Source: an uncultured Acidimicrobiales bacterium | GTDB lineage: Bacteria > Actinomycetota > Acidimicrobiia > Acidimicrobiales > SHLQ01 | Assembly: GCA_937969565.1 (NCBI GenBank) | Contig: CALBVR010000098.1 | Location: 1-45,840, forward strand | Reading direction: 5' to 3' | DNA length: 45,840 nt | Shown: positions 26,626 through 34,635 of the stretch, one piece after another | Layout: each line of letters opens with the position of its first letter | How positions within the stretch are numbered: position 1 is the first letter of the stretch | Program-made: the position numbers and the translations under genes | Notes under the pieces: generated by a model | The model's input: the letters and a program-made list of their open reading frames with translations, nothing else | Database searches by the model: none | What the model was told of the DNA's origin: nothing

Positions 26626-27069
26626 ATGATCGATCTGGAAGCGATTCGTTCTCTGGTGGCCGGCGACAGCGGGTTGGCGATGGTGTCGGTGGCTCGGGCG
26701 GACGGGTCGGTCCACACGTCGCTCGTGAACGCCGGCGTCTCGGCACACCCGACGACCGGAGAGGACGTGGTGGCGTTCGTGGTTCGTGGCGATGCCCACA
26801 AGCTGCGGCTGATGCTCAGCGATGGCCGATGCACGGTCGCCTGGCGCAACGGTTGGCGGTGGGGCTCGGTGGACGGCCCGGTCGAGGTGTGCGGCCCGGA
26901 CCATGCCCTCGACGGGGTTGATGCTGCCACGGTGCCCGAACTGCTGCGACAGGTGTTTCGTGACGCTGGAGGAACCCACGACGACTGGGACGAGTACGAC
27001 CGGGTCATGGCGGAGGAGCGACGAACGGCCGTGTTCGTTCGACCCGACCGTTTCCTCGGCCGCCCCTGA
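26626..27069 (+). CDS. Pyridoxamine 5'-phosphate oxidase-family (PPOX class, probably F420-dependent) protein
   Basis: 147 aa. The split-barrel family pattern is LAMVSVARADGSVHTSLVNAG...VAFVVRGDAHKLRL. Confidence 0.75.
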   Translation: MIDLEAIRSLVAGDSGLAMVSVARADGSVHTSLVNAGVSAHPTTGEDVVAFVVRGDAHKLRLMLSDGRCTVAWRNGWRWGSVDGPVEVCGPDHALDGVDAATVPELLRQVFRDAGGTHDDWDEYDRVMAEERRTAVFVRPDRFLGRP

Positions 27070-27102
27070 TTCCGTCGATTGCACCCGCCGCGGCGGCTGC
27101 GC

Positions 27103-27244
27103 GACGAGCCACCCACCCAGCGCAGTGACCCGACGCCGCCGACGAGCCGCCCGCCAAGCGTAGTGACCGAACGCTGCCGGCGAGCCCGACGCCGCTGCAC
27201 GGCGTGCGCCCAGCCACCCCCAAACAGTGGAACGCGCCGATGCC
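27103..27244. repeat. Intergenic 38-nt tandem direct repeat: 2 good copies plus a third diverged copy with an insertion
   Basis: 27103-27140 reads gacgagccacccacccagcgcagtgacccgacgccgcc. 27141-27178 reads gacgagccgcccgccaagcgtagtgaccgaacgctgcc (31/38 identical). The third unit, 27179-27244, is degenerate. Confidence 0.6.
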
Positions 27245-27296
27245 CCACCAAGGGACTCCTTGGCGGGTTCGGCGACTGCGATGAATTGCGAGCGGT

Positions 27297-28610
27297 TCAG
27301 AAGAGGGCGCCCGTCAGGTGCTGCTTCCGGCGTTGATCCAGCCGGGGTTTGGACCGGGTCGATGCCGGGTGCTTGGTTCGCCGTCGACGTCTGCCCGGCG
27401 GCGCATCTGCTGGCAACTCATGTGCGGTTGCCGGCCGAGTTTCCCAATTTCGGGTTTCGATGTTGCGAACCAGGGTGAGCTTCTGGGCGTGGAGCCGACT
27501 GTGGCAGGCCTCGCACAGGAGGACGAGATTGTCGATGTTGGTTTCCCCGGCGAGGGGTGCGTTCCACGGGATGATGTGGTGGGCAACGCAGTGTTCGTGG
27601 GACTTCGAGCACTGCTGACAGCCGCCATCTCGAGCGACGAGTGCCGTCCACTGCGCCCGAGTGACCGTTCGATGCCGGCGCCCTTCCCATAGCGTTTCGC
27701 CGATCTCCGAGTAGATGTGGCCGATGAACTCGCTTCGGCAGCAGAGCTCCTCGACGACGGTGCGTGGAAGCGCCTTGCCGTCTGCCGTGCGGATCACCGT
27801 GCTGTCCGCACCGGTCAGTTGATCGACAGTGACCGTGACGTGAATGATCCCGGCCGGGCGCTTCCGGGCCGGTGTGCCGGTTCGCTCGGTGGTGAAGATC
27901 TTCTGCACGGCATCGAATCGACGCTGCCGATGGGTTCGGGGATGTTCGGAGCTGCTTCGCTCCCGCCCGCCGTCTGCTTCGAACTCGGCATCGGCACCGG
28001 CGTTGATCTTGCGTTCCATCTGATCGATGGAGGTTTCGTCGGCCTCGATCACGAGCCGATGGAGGCCGTTGCGACTGCGGGTGCGGTAGACGTTGCGCAG
28101 CCGGTGGTGGCGCTGATGTTCGGTTTCGGCCTCGGTGTTGGACTTTCGCTTGGTGATCCAATCGTTGGTCTTCTTGCGACCCTGTTCCGGCGTGGACTGT
28201 TCGATGCTCTCGATGAGCTCCTCATCGCAGGCCGCGGCGCCGTCGGTATCTGACGCAGCGTCGGCCAGTACATCTGCCTGGTCGGTGGAGAGGCTGCCGG
28301 TTCGCATCTTGGTGGCGATGTTCGGATTGGCATTGACCGCCTTGCCGCGAGACGCCCGCTTCTTCGCTTCGTTGCGGGAGGTCTTTCCGTCCTGCGTGAA
28401 GAGGCCTTCGACCTGCGTGTCCGAGTCGCCCGCCTCGTAGCGATCGGCGACCGTTTCGGCTTCGACCGTGGTGAGCTGCCGGCGACTCCACTCGATCATC
28501 TGCAGCCGGGCGCGGGGATCGTCGACCCGCTGCAGTGCATGCACAGCAGACATGACGTGGTTCACCACGTGCTGTTGCTGCTGGGAGTCGCCGGTTGCCA
28601 TGAGTTTCAT
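27297..28610 (-). CDS. DUF222-type HNH endonuclease (mycobacterial 13E12-repeat-family-like)
   Basis: The track ORF to 29120 is over-extended. Candidate starts are ATG 28610 (MKLMATGDS..., preferred for its leaderless geometry) or 28622 (MFDIMKL...). The C-terminus carries the HNH motif CQQCSKSHEHCVAHHIIPWNAPLAGETNIDNLVLLCEACHSRLH. Confidence 0.85.
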   Translation of the reverse strand: MKLMATGDSQQQQHVVNHVMSAVHALQRVDDPRARLQMIEWSRRQLTTVEAETVADRYEAGDSDTQVEGLFTQDGKTSRNEAKKRASRGKAVNANPNIATKMRTGSLSTDQADVLADAASDTDGAAACDEELIESIEQSTPEQGRKKTNDWITKRKSNTEAETEHQRHHRLRNVYRTRSRNGLHRLVIEADETSIDQMERKINAGADAEFEADGGRERSSSEHPRTHRQRRFDAVQKIFTTERTGTPARKRPAGIIHVTVTVDQLTGADSTVIRTADGKALPRTVVEELCCRSEFIGHIYSEIGETLWEGRRHRTVTRAQWTALVARDGGCQQCSKSHEHCVAHHIIPWNAPLAGETNIDNLVLLCEACHSRLHAQKLTLVRNIETRNWETRPATAHELPADAPPGRRRRRTKHPASTRSKPRLDQRRKQHLTGALF

Positions 28611-28614
28611 GATA

Positions 28615-28630
28615 TCGAACATACGTTCGA
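28615..28630. promoter_or_regulatory. LexA SOS box TCGAAC-ATAC-GTTCGA (perfect palindrome)
   Basis: Exact match to the mycobacterial SOS-box consensus TCGAAC-N4-GTTCGA and to the Cheo box CGAACRNRYGTTCG. It overlaps the -10-like TATGTT (minus, 28618-28623) of the HNH gene. An extra TCGAAC half-site lies at 28639-28644. Confidence 0.6.
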
Positions 28631-28751
28631 TTTGCAAGTCGAACGGTGATCTCGTTGCGTCCACGTCCAGCCGGCAAGGCCGTTTCCCGAGGCGCGCCGC
28701 TTCTCGCCGGGGGCCGCCGTTCCCGGGGTGTGATTGTGGGAGGCTCGATGC

Positions 28752-29150
28752 ATGGACCCATGGCATCGCGAGATTGTGGAACTGCACGACTTCTTCGAGG
28801 CGTACTTCCTCGGGACACTGCCGGCCGAGGATGTGCATCGGCTCGACGTATTGGCCGACGACTTCACGTTCGTGGGTCCGGACGGTCGCCGGTCGACCCG
28901 GGAGCAGACGGTGGCGGCGATCACGGCGGGGCATGCACACACCGAGTCGCTTCGGATCACCGTCACCGATGCGGAGTTGCTCGTCGACGGGCGCGACACA
29001 GTTGTGGCCCGGTACGTGGAGAACCACGAGTTGTCGAGCGGCTCGAACCACCGCGTGAGCACGGTTGCCTTCAGTCGCAACGACGGCGCGCCGAACGGAT
29101 TGTCCTGGCGCACCGTGCATGAGACCTGGCTCGAGGGGACGCGGGACTAA
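28752..29150 (+). CDS. NTF2-like (DUF4440/SnoaL-like) protein
   Basis: Start taken at ATG 28752, which has a GGGAGG RBS 8 nt upstream. 132 aa, MDPWHREIVELHDFFEAYFLG...; small alpha+beta cone-type pattern. Confidence 0.6.
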   Translation: MDPWHREIVELHDFFEAYFLGTLPAEDVHRLDVLADDFTFVGPDGRRSTREQTVAAITAGHAHTESLRITVTDAELLVDGRDTVVARYVENHELSSGSNHRVSTVAFSRNDGAPNGLSWRTVHETWLEGTRD

Positions 29151-29222
29151 ACGCTGAACGATCTGGGAATAAGCTCTGCCTACACATGGTTGTTAGGCGG
29201 ACCTTACAAAACGAGGAGTCTC

Positions 29223-30017
29223 ATGTACGCAGAAGTACAGGAAGTACAACAACTCAGCCCCACGCTCCTTCGCGTGGTGCTCGGCGGCGGCACGCTCGAT
29301 GCACTCGAGATGCCCACGGCGACCGACGCCTACATCAATGCGCAGTTCATTCCCGCCGATTCACCGGTGACGGTGCCGTTCGGTCCTGAAGACCTCGAGG
29401 GTCTCTCGGCCGAGCTCCGGCCGAAGCCGCGCCGCTTCACCATCCGCGAGTGGAACCCGACGAACCGAACGCTGTCGATCGACTTCGTCGCGCACGGCGA
29501 CACGGGCTTCGCCGGTAGTTGGGCCCAGCGGGCCAAGCCTGGCGACCGGCTCCAGTTCAAGGGCCCCGGTGGCTCCTACCGCCCGTCCCCGAACGTGGAC
29601 TGGCACCTGCTGGTTGGCGACGAGAGCGCGCTCGGTGCGATCGGCGCAAGTCTCGACAGTCTTTCGCCTGCCGCACGGGCGCTGGTGTTCGTCGTGGTCG
29701 ACGGACCGGAGCACGAGATCGAGCTTCCGTCTGCGGCCGACGTCGACGTTCACTGGCTGCATCGCAACGGTTCGGCCGACCCGGAAGCGCTGCTGGCGAC
29801 AGCAGTCGCTGCAGCCGACTTCCCGTCGGGAACCTTCGACGTGTTCGTGCACGGTGAAGCCGCCGAGACGCGGGCGGTCCGTCGGCACCTCCTGGCCGAG
29901 CGAGGGGTCGACCCGAGTGGAGCGTCGATCTCGCCGTATTGGCGCCGGCAGCACACCGATGAGGACTGGCGGGCCGTCAAGCGACAGTTCCTGGCCGAAC
30001 AGGCGGCCGACGTCTGA
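29223..30017 (+). CDS. Siderophore-interacting protein (FAD_binding_9 + SIP domains; ViuB-like ferric-siderophore reductase)
   Basis: Start at ATG 29223 after a GAGGAG RBS. Contains the RRFTIREW (RxYT-type FAD motif) and C-terminal ...ISPYWRRQ. Confidence 0.85.
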   Translation: MYAEVQEVQQLSPTLLRVVLGGGTLDALEMPTATDAYINAQFIPADSPVTVPFGPEDLEGLSAELRPKPRRFTIREWNPTNRTLSIDFVAHGDTGFAGSWAQRAKPGDRLQFKGPGGSYRPSPNVDWHLLVGDESALGAIGASLDSLSPAARALVFVVVDGPEHEIELPSAADVDVHWLHRNGSADPEALLATAVAAADFPSGTFDVFVHGEAAETRAVRRHLLAERGVDPSGASISPYWRRQHTDEDWRAVKRQFLAEQAADV

Positions 30018-30077
30018 AGGTCGACGTCCAGGAGGAATTCGCATATCAGCGGATTCCAGTTTGGTCTGATCCGTTCG

Positions 30078-30107
30078 TTGACACTCGGTCGCCACCGCGA
30101 ATAGGTT
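30078..30107 (+). promoter_or_regulatory. Candidate promoter TTGACA-18 nt-TAGGTT
   Basis: Hexamers read directly upstream of the FAD-oxidoreductase gene. Confidence 0.3.
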
Positions 30108-30132
30108 GCGCGCCTGCTCGACCGTATGGGGG

Positions 30133-31455
30133 ATGACCATGACCGATACGAATCACGATGCCGACGTCATCATCATTGGAGCCGGCGTGCTCGGGTGCGC
30201 AATTGCGCTCGAGATGTCCCGCCGAGGGATGCGCACCATCAACGTGGACAAGGCGTCGGCGGCCGGTGCCGGTTCGACGATCAACTCGTGCGCCATCATC
30301 CGCTTCACGTACTCCACGCACGTTGGTGTTGCGATGTCGTGGGAGGGCGGCCAGTACTGGAAGAACTGGGCCGACTACATCGGTGCCGAGGACGAGAAGG
30401 GGCTCATCGAGTTCCACGACGTCGGCCAGCTCAACGTGTTCGCCGACGAAGCCGAGCGGCTCGATCGAGTGCAGCAGTTGTGGGACGAGATGGGCATTCC
30501 CTACGAGCAGCTCGATGCCGACGAGCTGGCCGAGCGCTTCCCGTTCATGGACTTCGGTTGGTACGGCCCACCGACCCGCCCCGACGATCCGGCCTTCTGG
30601 AAGGAAGCCGAGCAGCAGGTGAAGGGTGCTCTCTGGAGCCCGGACGCCGGCTACATCTCCGACCCGCAGCTGTCGTGTCACAACCTGCAGCGCGGGGCTG
30701 AAGCCGAGGGCGGCGCATTCCGGTTCAGCACCGAGGTCACGGCGATCCTCCAGGAGGACGGTCGGGCGGCCGGGGTCGAGCTGGCCGACGGATCTTCGCT
30801 TCGGGCGCCCATCGTGATCAACGTGGCCGGCCCGCACAGCTCGATCATCAACAAGATGGCGGGTGTCTACGACGAGATGAACATCAAGACGCATGCCCTG
30901 CGTCACGAGGTGCATCACGTGCCATCACCCGAGGGCGTCGACTTCATGAACGCAGGCACCGTCGGCGCCGACGACGACATCGGCTTCTATTTCCGGCCCG
31001 AAGTCGGCAACAACGTGCTGCTCGGCAGCGTCGACCTCGAGTGCGACGGCCGTGAGTACGTCGACCCAGACGACTACGACACGACGATCGATCGAGACCA
31101 GTGGCACGCCCAGGTCCTGCGAGCCCAGCGGCGCATGCCGGAGCTCGGTATGCCGCACGAGGCTCGCGGCATCGTCGATCTGTACGACCAGAGCGACGAC
31201 TGGCTCCCCATCTACGACCGCACGGCTCTCGATGGCTTCTACGTGGCGATCGGTACGAGCGGCAATCAGTACAAGAACGCCGGCTCGGTCGGCCAGGCGA
31301 TGGCCGACCTGATCGACGCGGTCGAAGCCGGCCATGACCACGACGCCGAGCCCGTGCAGGTGACCGGCCGGTACACCGGTCTGACCATCGACCTTGGCGC
31401 CTACAGCCGCAACCGCGAGATCAACGCCGACTCATCGATGTCCGTTCACGGCTGA
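30133..31455 (+). CDS. FAD-dependent oxidoreductase (DAO family; sarcosine/glycine-oxidase-like)
   Basis: Dinucleotide fold DVIIIGAGVLGCAIALEMSRRG. The start is ambiguous (30106, 30133 or 30139); I chose the ATGs nearest the beta-alpha-beta motif. Confidence 0.85.
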   Translation: MTMTDTNHDADVIIIGAGVLGCAIALEMSRRGMRTINVDKASAAGAGSTINSCAIIRFTYSTHVGVAMSWEGGQYWKNWADYIGAEDEKGLIEFHDVGQLNVFADEAERLDRVQQLWDEMGIPYEQLDADELAERFPFMDFGWYGPPTRPDDPAFWKEAEQQVKGALWSPDAGYISDPQLSCHNLQRGAEAEGGAFRFSTEVTAILQEDGRAAGVELADGSSLRAPIVINVAGPHSSIINKMAGVYDEMNIKTHALRHEVHHVPSPEGVDFMNAGTVGADDDIGFYFRPEVGNNVLLGSVDLECDGREYVDPDDYDTTIDRDQWHAQVLRAQRRMPELGMPHEARGIVDLYDQSDDWLPIYDRTALDGFYVAIGTSGNQYKNAGSVGQAMADLIDAVEAGHDHDAEPVQVTGRYTGLTIDLGAYSRNREINADSSMSVHG

Positions 31456-31457
31456 AC

Positions 31458-32255
31458 TCAGGTCATTCGTTCGAGGCGGCGGTTGCCGAGCGACGCCAAC
31501 GTGGTGCTGAGCAACAAGGCCGCCGAGACCACGCCGACGGCGACGGCCAATTCGCCTCCGGGCATGCTGTCGACCGATACCGCGATGGCGCCGGAGATGA
31601 GAAGGACCTCGACCGCAGCGACGCCGAGTACCCGGGGCTCGAGCCACATGGTGAGGAGCCCGAGAGGCAGGAGAAGCAGCGGCAACAACCCCATTGCGAA
31701 GATGCCGATGCTCAGTCCTGCGATGTGGAGCACGGCCAGCGCCAAGGCGATCCGTGGACCGAGTGCTGGGCGTCCGTCGCCTTTCCAAGCGACCACCACT
31801 GCCAGAGCGGAGATGATCACGAAGGACGACACACCCTGTCGGGGCCAGTCGTGCGCAAGGCTCAGGCCGACGAGGAAGGGTGGCACGAGCGCCATCCATC
31901 GGGTCGAGTGAAGAGTGAGAGCAAGAATTACTGCACCCGCCAGCACCGACCACAACGGGTTCACCAACTCGAAGTTTCGAGGCAAGAGACCGAGCAAGTC
32001 GGCCGTGTTGGTTGCCGTGCCTTGGAGAATCCACCACGTCACGGCGAAGGCCGCGCACTGGATCCACATCTGGCGCAGGCTCCCGCCCGTCGCAGCGAGA
32101 CTTCGGGTGCGGAGGCCATGGGCCAGCAGCGACCTGGATTCGCGGGCGGACCACTGTTCGTCGTGGAGGTCGTTGGCGGTGTCGAGGATTTCGTCGCCGT
32201 GCGCCGTCCAGTAGTCGGCCGGAAAGGCGCGGGTCACGAGGCCGTAGTTGCTCAT
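31458..32255 (-). CDS. Polytopic membrane protein co-translated with PadR
   Basis: 265 aa with a soluble N-terminal ~60 aa followed by ~6 TM helices. ATGA overlap with the padR stop. No motif recognised. Confidence 0.65.
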   Translation of the reverse strand: MSNYGLVTRAFPADYWTAHGDEILDTANDLHDEQWSARESRSLLAHGLRTRSLAATGGSLRQMWIQCAAFAVTWWILQGTATNTADLLGLLPRNFELVNPLWSVLAGAVILALTLHSTRWMALVPPFLVGLSLAHDWPRQGVSSFVIISALAVVVAWKGDGRPALGPRIALALAVLHIAGLSIGIFAMGLLPLLLLPLGLLTMWLEPRVLGVAAVEVLLISGAIAVSVDSMPGGELAVAVGVVSAALLLSTTLASLGNRRLERMT

Positions 32256-32575
32256 GCGGTGGCCGCCTTCGGGAGGGGGCCGATGGTGGCGGTGGCCGCT
32301 TCGAGTGCCTGCCGCAGCCGCAACGCCTCTGCCTGGGTGGCGTGCTCGCCGGCTTCGGTGATGCGGTAGTACCGGCGCTTGCGGCCGTTCACCTTCTCTT
32401 CGCGGTCGACGACAAGATGCCCCTCGTCGACCAGCCGATCGAGCGCGCCGTACAGGGTGCCGGCGGTGAGTTCGACGCGACCGTTCGACAGTTCTTTCGC
32501 TCTGCTGGCGACGGCGTAGCCGTGGAGTGGCTCTGCATGGAGCGCAAGAAGGATGAAGTAGGTGGGTTCTCGCAT
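32252..32575 (-). CDS. PadR family transcriptional regulator
   Basis: 107 aa. YFILLALHAEPLHGYAVASRAKELSNGRVELTAGTLYGALDRLVDEGHL...RRYYRITEAG is the classic PadR wHTH. Confidence 0.9.
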   Translation of the reverse strand: MREPTYFILLALHAEPLHGYAVASRAKELSNGRVELTAGTLYGALDRLVDEGHLVVDREEKVNGRKRRYYRITEAGEHATQAEALRLRQALEAATATIGPLPKAATA

Positions 32576-32582
32576 GTGTTCG

Positions 32583-32588
32583 ACAATA
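32583..32588 (-). promoter_or_regulatory. -10-like TATTGT, 7 nt before the padR ATG
   Basis: The minus-sense sequence reads TATTGT-cgaacac-ATG. Confidence 0.3.
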
Positions 32589-32616
32589 GTACGGTTACCG
32601 ATACATAAGCAACCGA

Positions 32617-32632
32617 TGCATCTGTGGATGCA
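32617..32632. promoter_or_regulatory. Inverted repeat TGCATC-N4-GATGCA in the divergent padR intergenic region (candidate operator)
   Basis: Perfect 6-bp arms read directly. A separate 7-bp stem, CCGACGG-aaaa-CCGTCGG, lies at 32645-32662. Confidence 0.3.
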
Positions 32633-32695
32633 ATCCGCCTTCCTCCGACGGAAAACCGTCGGGCCCTACGATGTGCTTGGCGAAGGAGGTGCTCC

Positions 32696-33358
32696 ATGCG
32701 ACCGATGCTGCAGCGCCAGGCGACAAAGCAGGACGACTGGGAGTACCAGCGTTTGGACCAGACGGCGGCGGCTGCATGCGCATTCGCTCCGGCGATCATG
32801 TGGGTCGCCGAGATGGTGCACCTGCGCGAATGGGACTGGTTCCGTGGAAGCATCAGCTCGTACCACGACGTCGTTCCGCCCGGCGCGTTCTTCATCCCGT
32901 TGACGGTGGCCGTGATGATCTTCATCACGAATGGTGTGGTCGTCGAGAACCATCAGGTCCACGTGATGATGGGCCTCTATCTCCTCGGCGTCATCCTCTT
33001 CGACCACGACGGCGCAACGACCATCCCGCACTTCTTCTTTGCCGGCTACTTCTTCGTGACCGCCTCACTGCTCGACCTCACCAGAGACGACGAGATCGAC
33101 TGGAGCTGGAGCCGCTGGCTGGGCGAATGGCTCACGCTTCCGTGGGTTCTGCTCTGGAACAACATGAAGGACTTCCGAACCCAGTGGCCCCGTGTGGCCA
33201 TCGTGCTGTTGCCGTTCATCGTGCTCGGCGGAATCGCTTGGCTCGTGCCTGACTTCCGTGAGCGCTGGCTGTTCATCGCCGAGTGGCTCGCGCTGATCGC
33301 TGTCGTCGCCCAGTATCTGGCGCACGCCGCCGACCACGAGCACCACGCCTCGCACTGA
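32696..33358 (+). CDS. Membrane protein, unknown function, His-rich C-terminus (HAADHEHHASH)
   Basis: Start at ATG 32696 with a GAAGGAGG RBS. ~6 TM helices. Confidence 0.6.
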   Translation: MRPMLQRQATKQDDWEYQRLDQTAAAACAFAPAIMWVAEMVHLREWDWFRGSISSYHDVVPPGAFFIPLTVAVMIFITNGVVVENHQVHVMMGLYLLGVILFDHDGATTIPHFFFAGYFFVTASLLDLTRDDEIDWSWSRWLGEWLTLPWVLLWNNMKDFRTQWPRVAIVLLPFIVLGGIAWLVPDFRERWLFIAEWLALIAVVAQYLAHAADHEHHASH

Positions 33359-33381
33359 GTTTGCGCCGAGCGCGAACAAGC

Positions 33382-33651
33382 TCACCGGATCGTGAAGTTG
33401 GACTCTCCGATTGGTGTTTCTTCGACTCGATCGACCTGTCGAACTGACGCGAACTGCGGTCCGTCGGCGCACCAGGCAGCCAGCGCATCGAGCTGTTCCC
33501 GGGTGCCTTCAGCGATCACTTCGACTCGCCCATCGGAGAGGTTGCGAACCAAACCGACGACGCCAATGGCCTTGGCCTCGTGTGCACACGACATGCGATA
33601 GCCGACCCCCTGCACCCGTCCCATCACGGTCAGCCGCACCCGTTCGATCAC
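33382..33651 (-). CDS. acyP: Acylphosphatase
   Basis: Only the last 89 codons of track ORF 33382..34086 look real. With a GTG start they read VIERVRLTVMGRVQGVGYR...GLVRNLSDGRVEV, the acylphosphatase signatures. Confidence 0.8.
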   Translation of the reverse strand: MIERVRLTVMGRVQGVGYRMSCAHEAKAIGVVGLVRNLSDGRVEVIAEGTREQLDALAAWCADGPQFASVRQVDRVEETPIGESNFTIR

Positions 33652-33658
33652 GCCTATC

Positions 33659-33664
33659 AATCTA
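33659..33664 (-). promoter_or_regulatory. -10-like TAGATT, 7 nt before the acyP GTG
   Basis: The minus-sense sequence reads TAGATT-gataggc-GTG. Confidence 0.3.
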
Positions 33665-33683
33665 GATCGCACCGGTGGTGGCC

Positions 33684-33689
33684 TACTGT
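33684..33689 (+). promoter_or_regulatory. -10-like TACTGT, 7 nt before the GTG at 33697
   Basis: TACTGT-ccgagac-GTG, back to back with the acyP promoter. Confidence 0.3.
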
Positions 33690-33696
33690 CCGAGAC

Positions 33697-34635
33697 GTGA
33701 ATCGCCTCGACATCGCTGCGCGTTATCTCATCGCCCAGGGCGTCATGGGACTGGTGTGGTGGGCGCTCCTGCTGGCCGATACTTCGGTGCGTGGATGGTT
33801 CGTTCCCGACGCAACTGCTTGGCCGGCCGCGAGGTCGCTCGTATTCGCTGATCTGGTGATGTTCTGCGGTGGTTCGATCGCCGCAGGAGTGTTGGCCTTG
33901 CGGAGGCATCGATGGGCACGACCAGCCGGATGGGTCGCCCTCTGCTCCACGGCCTACGCAACGCTTGTTGCCGTCGGTTGGTTGCTGGCTCCGGTGGACC
34001 ACTGGTTGGGGTGGGTTGGCGGCGATGGCTCCCACGTTGGCGATGACGGGACTGGCCGTGGCTGTGGTGACGAAGGATCCGCGCACATGAGGTTGTTTCG
34101 GGTTGCGGAGATGGCGTCCTTCCGACGGAACTATGCGAAGACGCTCCTCCAGACGGCGGTCATGTGGACCATCTTTCTTGTGGTCGGTCCGATCCTGGTC
34201 GCACAGCTGGAAGGGAGGCTCGGACTGCCCACGTTCACGGGCAATGTCGGCGTGGGGGTCGTCCTCTTCATCCTCGGCGGGAGCCTCGGTCTGCGATCCG
34301 GTTACGTGATGACTCGGGTGGGTGAAGGGACACCGCTCCCGATGGACACGGCCCGCAACCTGGTCATCGCCGGCCCCTATCGGCGTGTGCGAAACCCCAT
34401 GGCTGTGGCAGGCACCGTGCAGTCGATGGCGGTCGGTGTTGCCCTGGGGTCGCCAGCGGTGTTCGCAGCCACCGCGTTCAGTGCGATGCTCTGGAACTAC
34501 GCGGTGCGGCCGACCGAAGAAGCCGACTTGCTCGAACGCTTCGGAGAACCGTTCGAGCGGTACACCCGGAATGTTCCGTGCTGGATTCCGAGGCTTGACC
34601 CATGGACCGTCGCATCACCGGAGGGTCGGCGATGA
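33697..34635 (+). CDS. Membrane protein: 4-TM N-terminal module plus ICMT/PEMT-family methyltransferase (possibly two genes, see findings)
   Basis: The C-terminal 182 aa (from ATG 34087) is a complete ICMT-like unit with GPYRRVRNPMAVAG. The N-terminal ~130 aa is a separate hydrophobic module joined by a Gly/Asp-rich stretch. Confidence 0.65.
   Translation: MNRLDIAARYLIAQGVMGLVWWALLLADTSVRGWFVPDATAWPAARSLVFADLVMFCGGSIAAGVLALRRHRWARPAGWVALCSTAYATLVAVGWLLAPVDHWLGWVGGDGSHVGDDGTGRGCGDEGSAHMRLFRVAEMASFRRNYAKTLLQTAVMWTIFLVVGPILVAQLEGRLGLPTFTGNVGVGVVLFILGGSLGLRSGYVMTRVGEGTPLPMDTARNLVIAGPYRRVRNPMAVAGTVQSMAVGVALGSPAVFAATAFSAMLWNYAVRPTEEADLLERFGEPFERYTRNVPCWIPRLDPWTVASPEGRR

Noticed and set aside
27079-27336. 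An 85-aa ORF spanning the 38-nt repeat region, together with 27005..27223(-) and 26822..27163(+).
   Set aside because: The translations are Pro/Arg/Thr-rich with no RBS or motif. The reading frames exist only because of the GC-rich repeats.
28622-29120. The 166-codon N-terminal extension of the HNH ORF (track ORF 27297..29120), and the overlapping ORFs 28607..29113(-) and 28646..29122(+).
   Set aside because: The extension runs antisense through the NTF2-like gene and has no DUF222-like sequence. The SOS box and -10 geometry place the start at 28610 or 28622.
29193-29211. A possible IdeR/DtxR iron box (TTAGGCGGACCTTACAAAA) just upstream of the siderophore-interacting protein gene.
   Set aside because: Only 11 of 19 positions match the TTAGGTTAGGCTAACCTAA consensus. 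The left arm is perfect, but the right arm and centre are poor. It is a weak candidate that needs a genome-specific matrix.
33652-34086. The upstream 145 codons of track ORF 33382..34086(-).
   Set aside because: Only the terminal 89 codons carry acylphosphatase signatures. The remainder is antisense to the membrane/ICMT gene and is compositionally biased.
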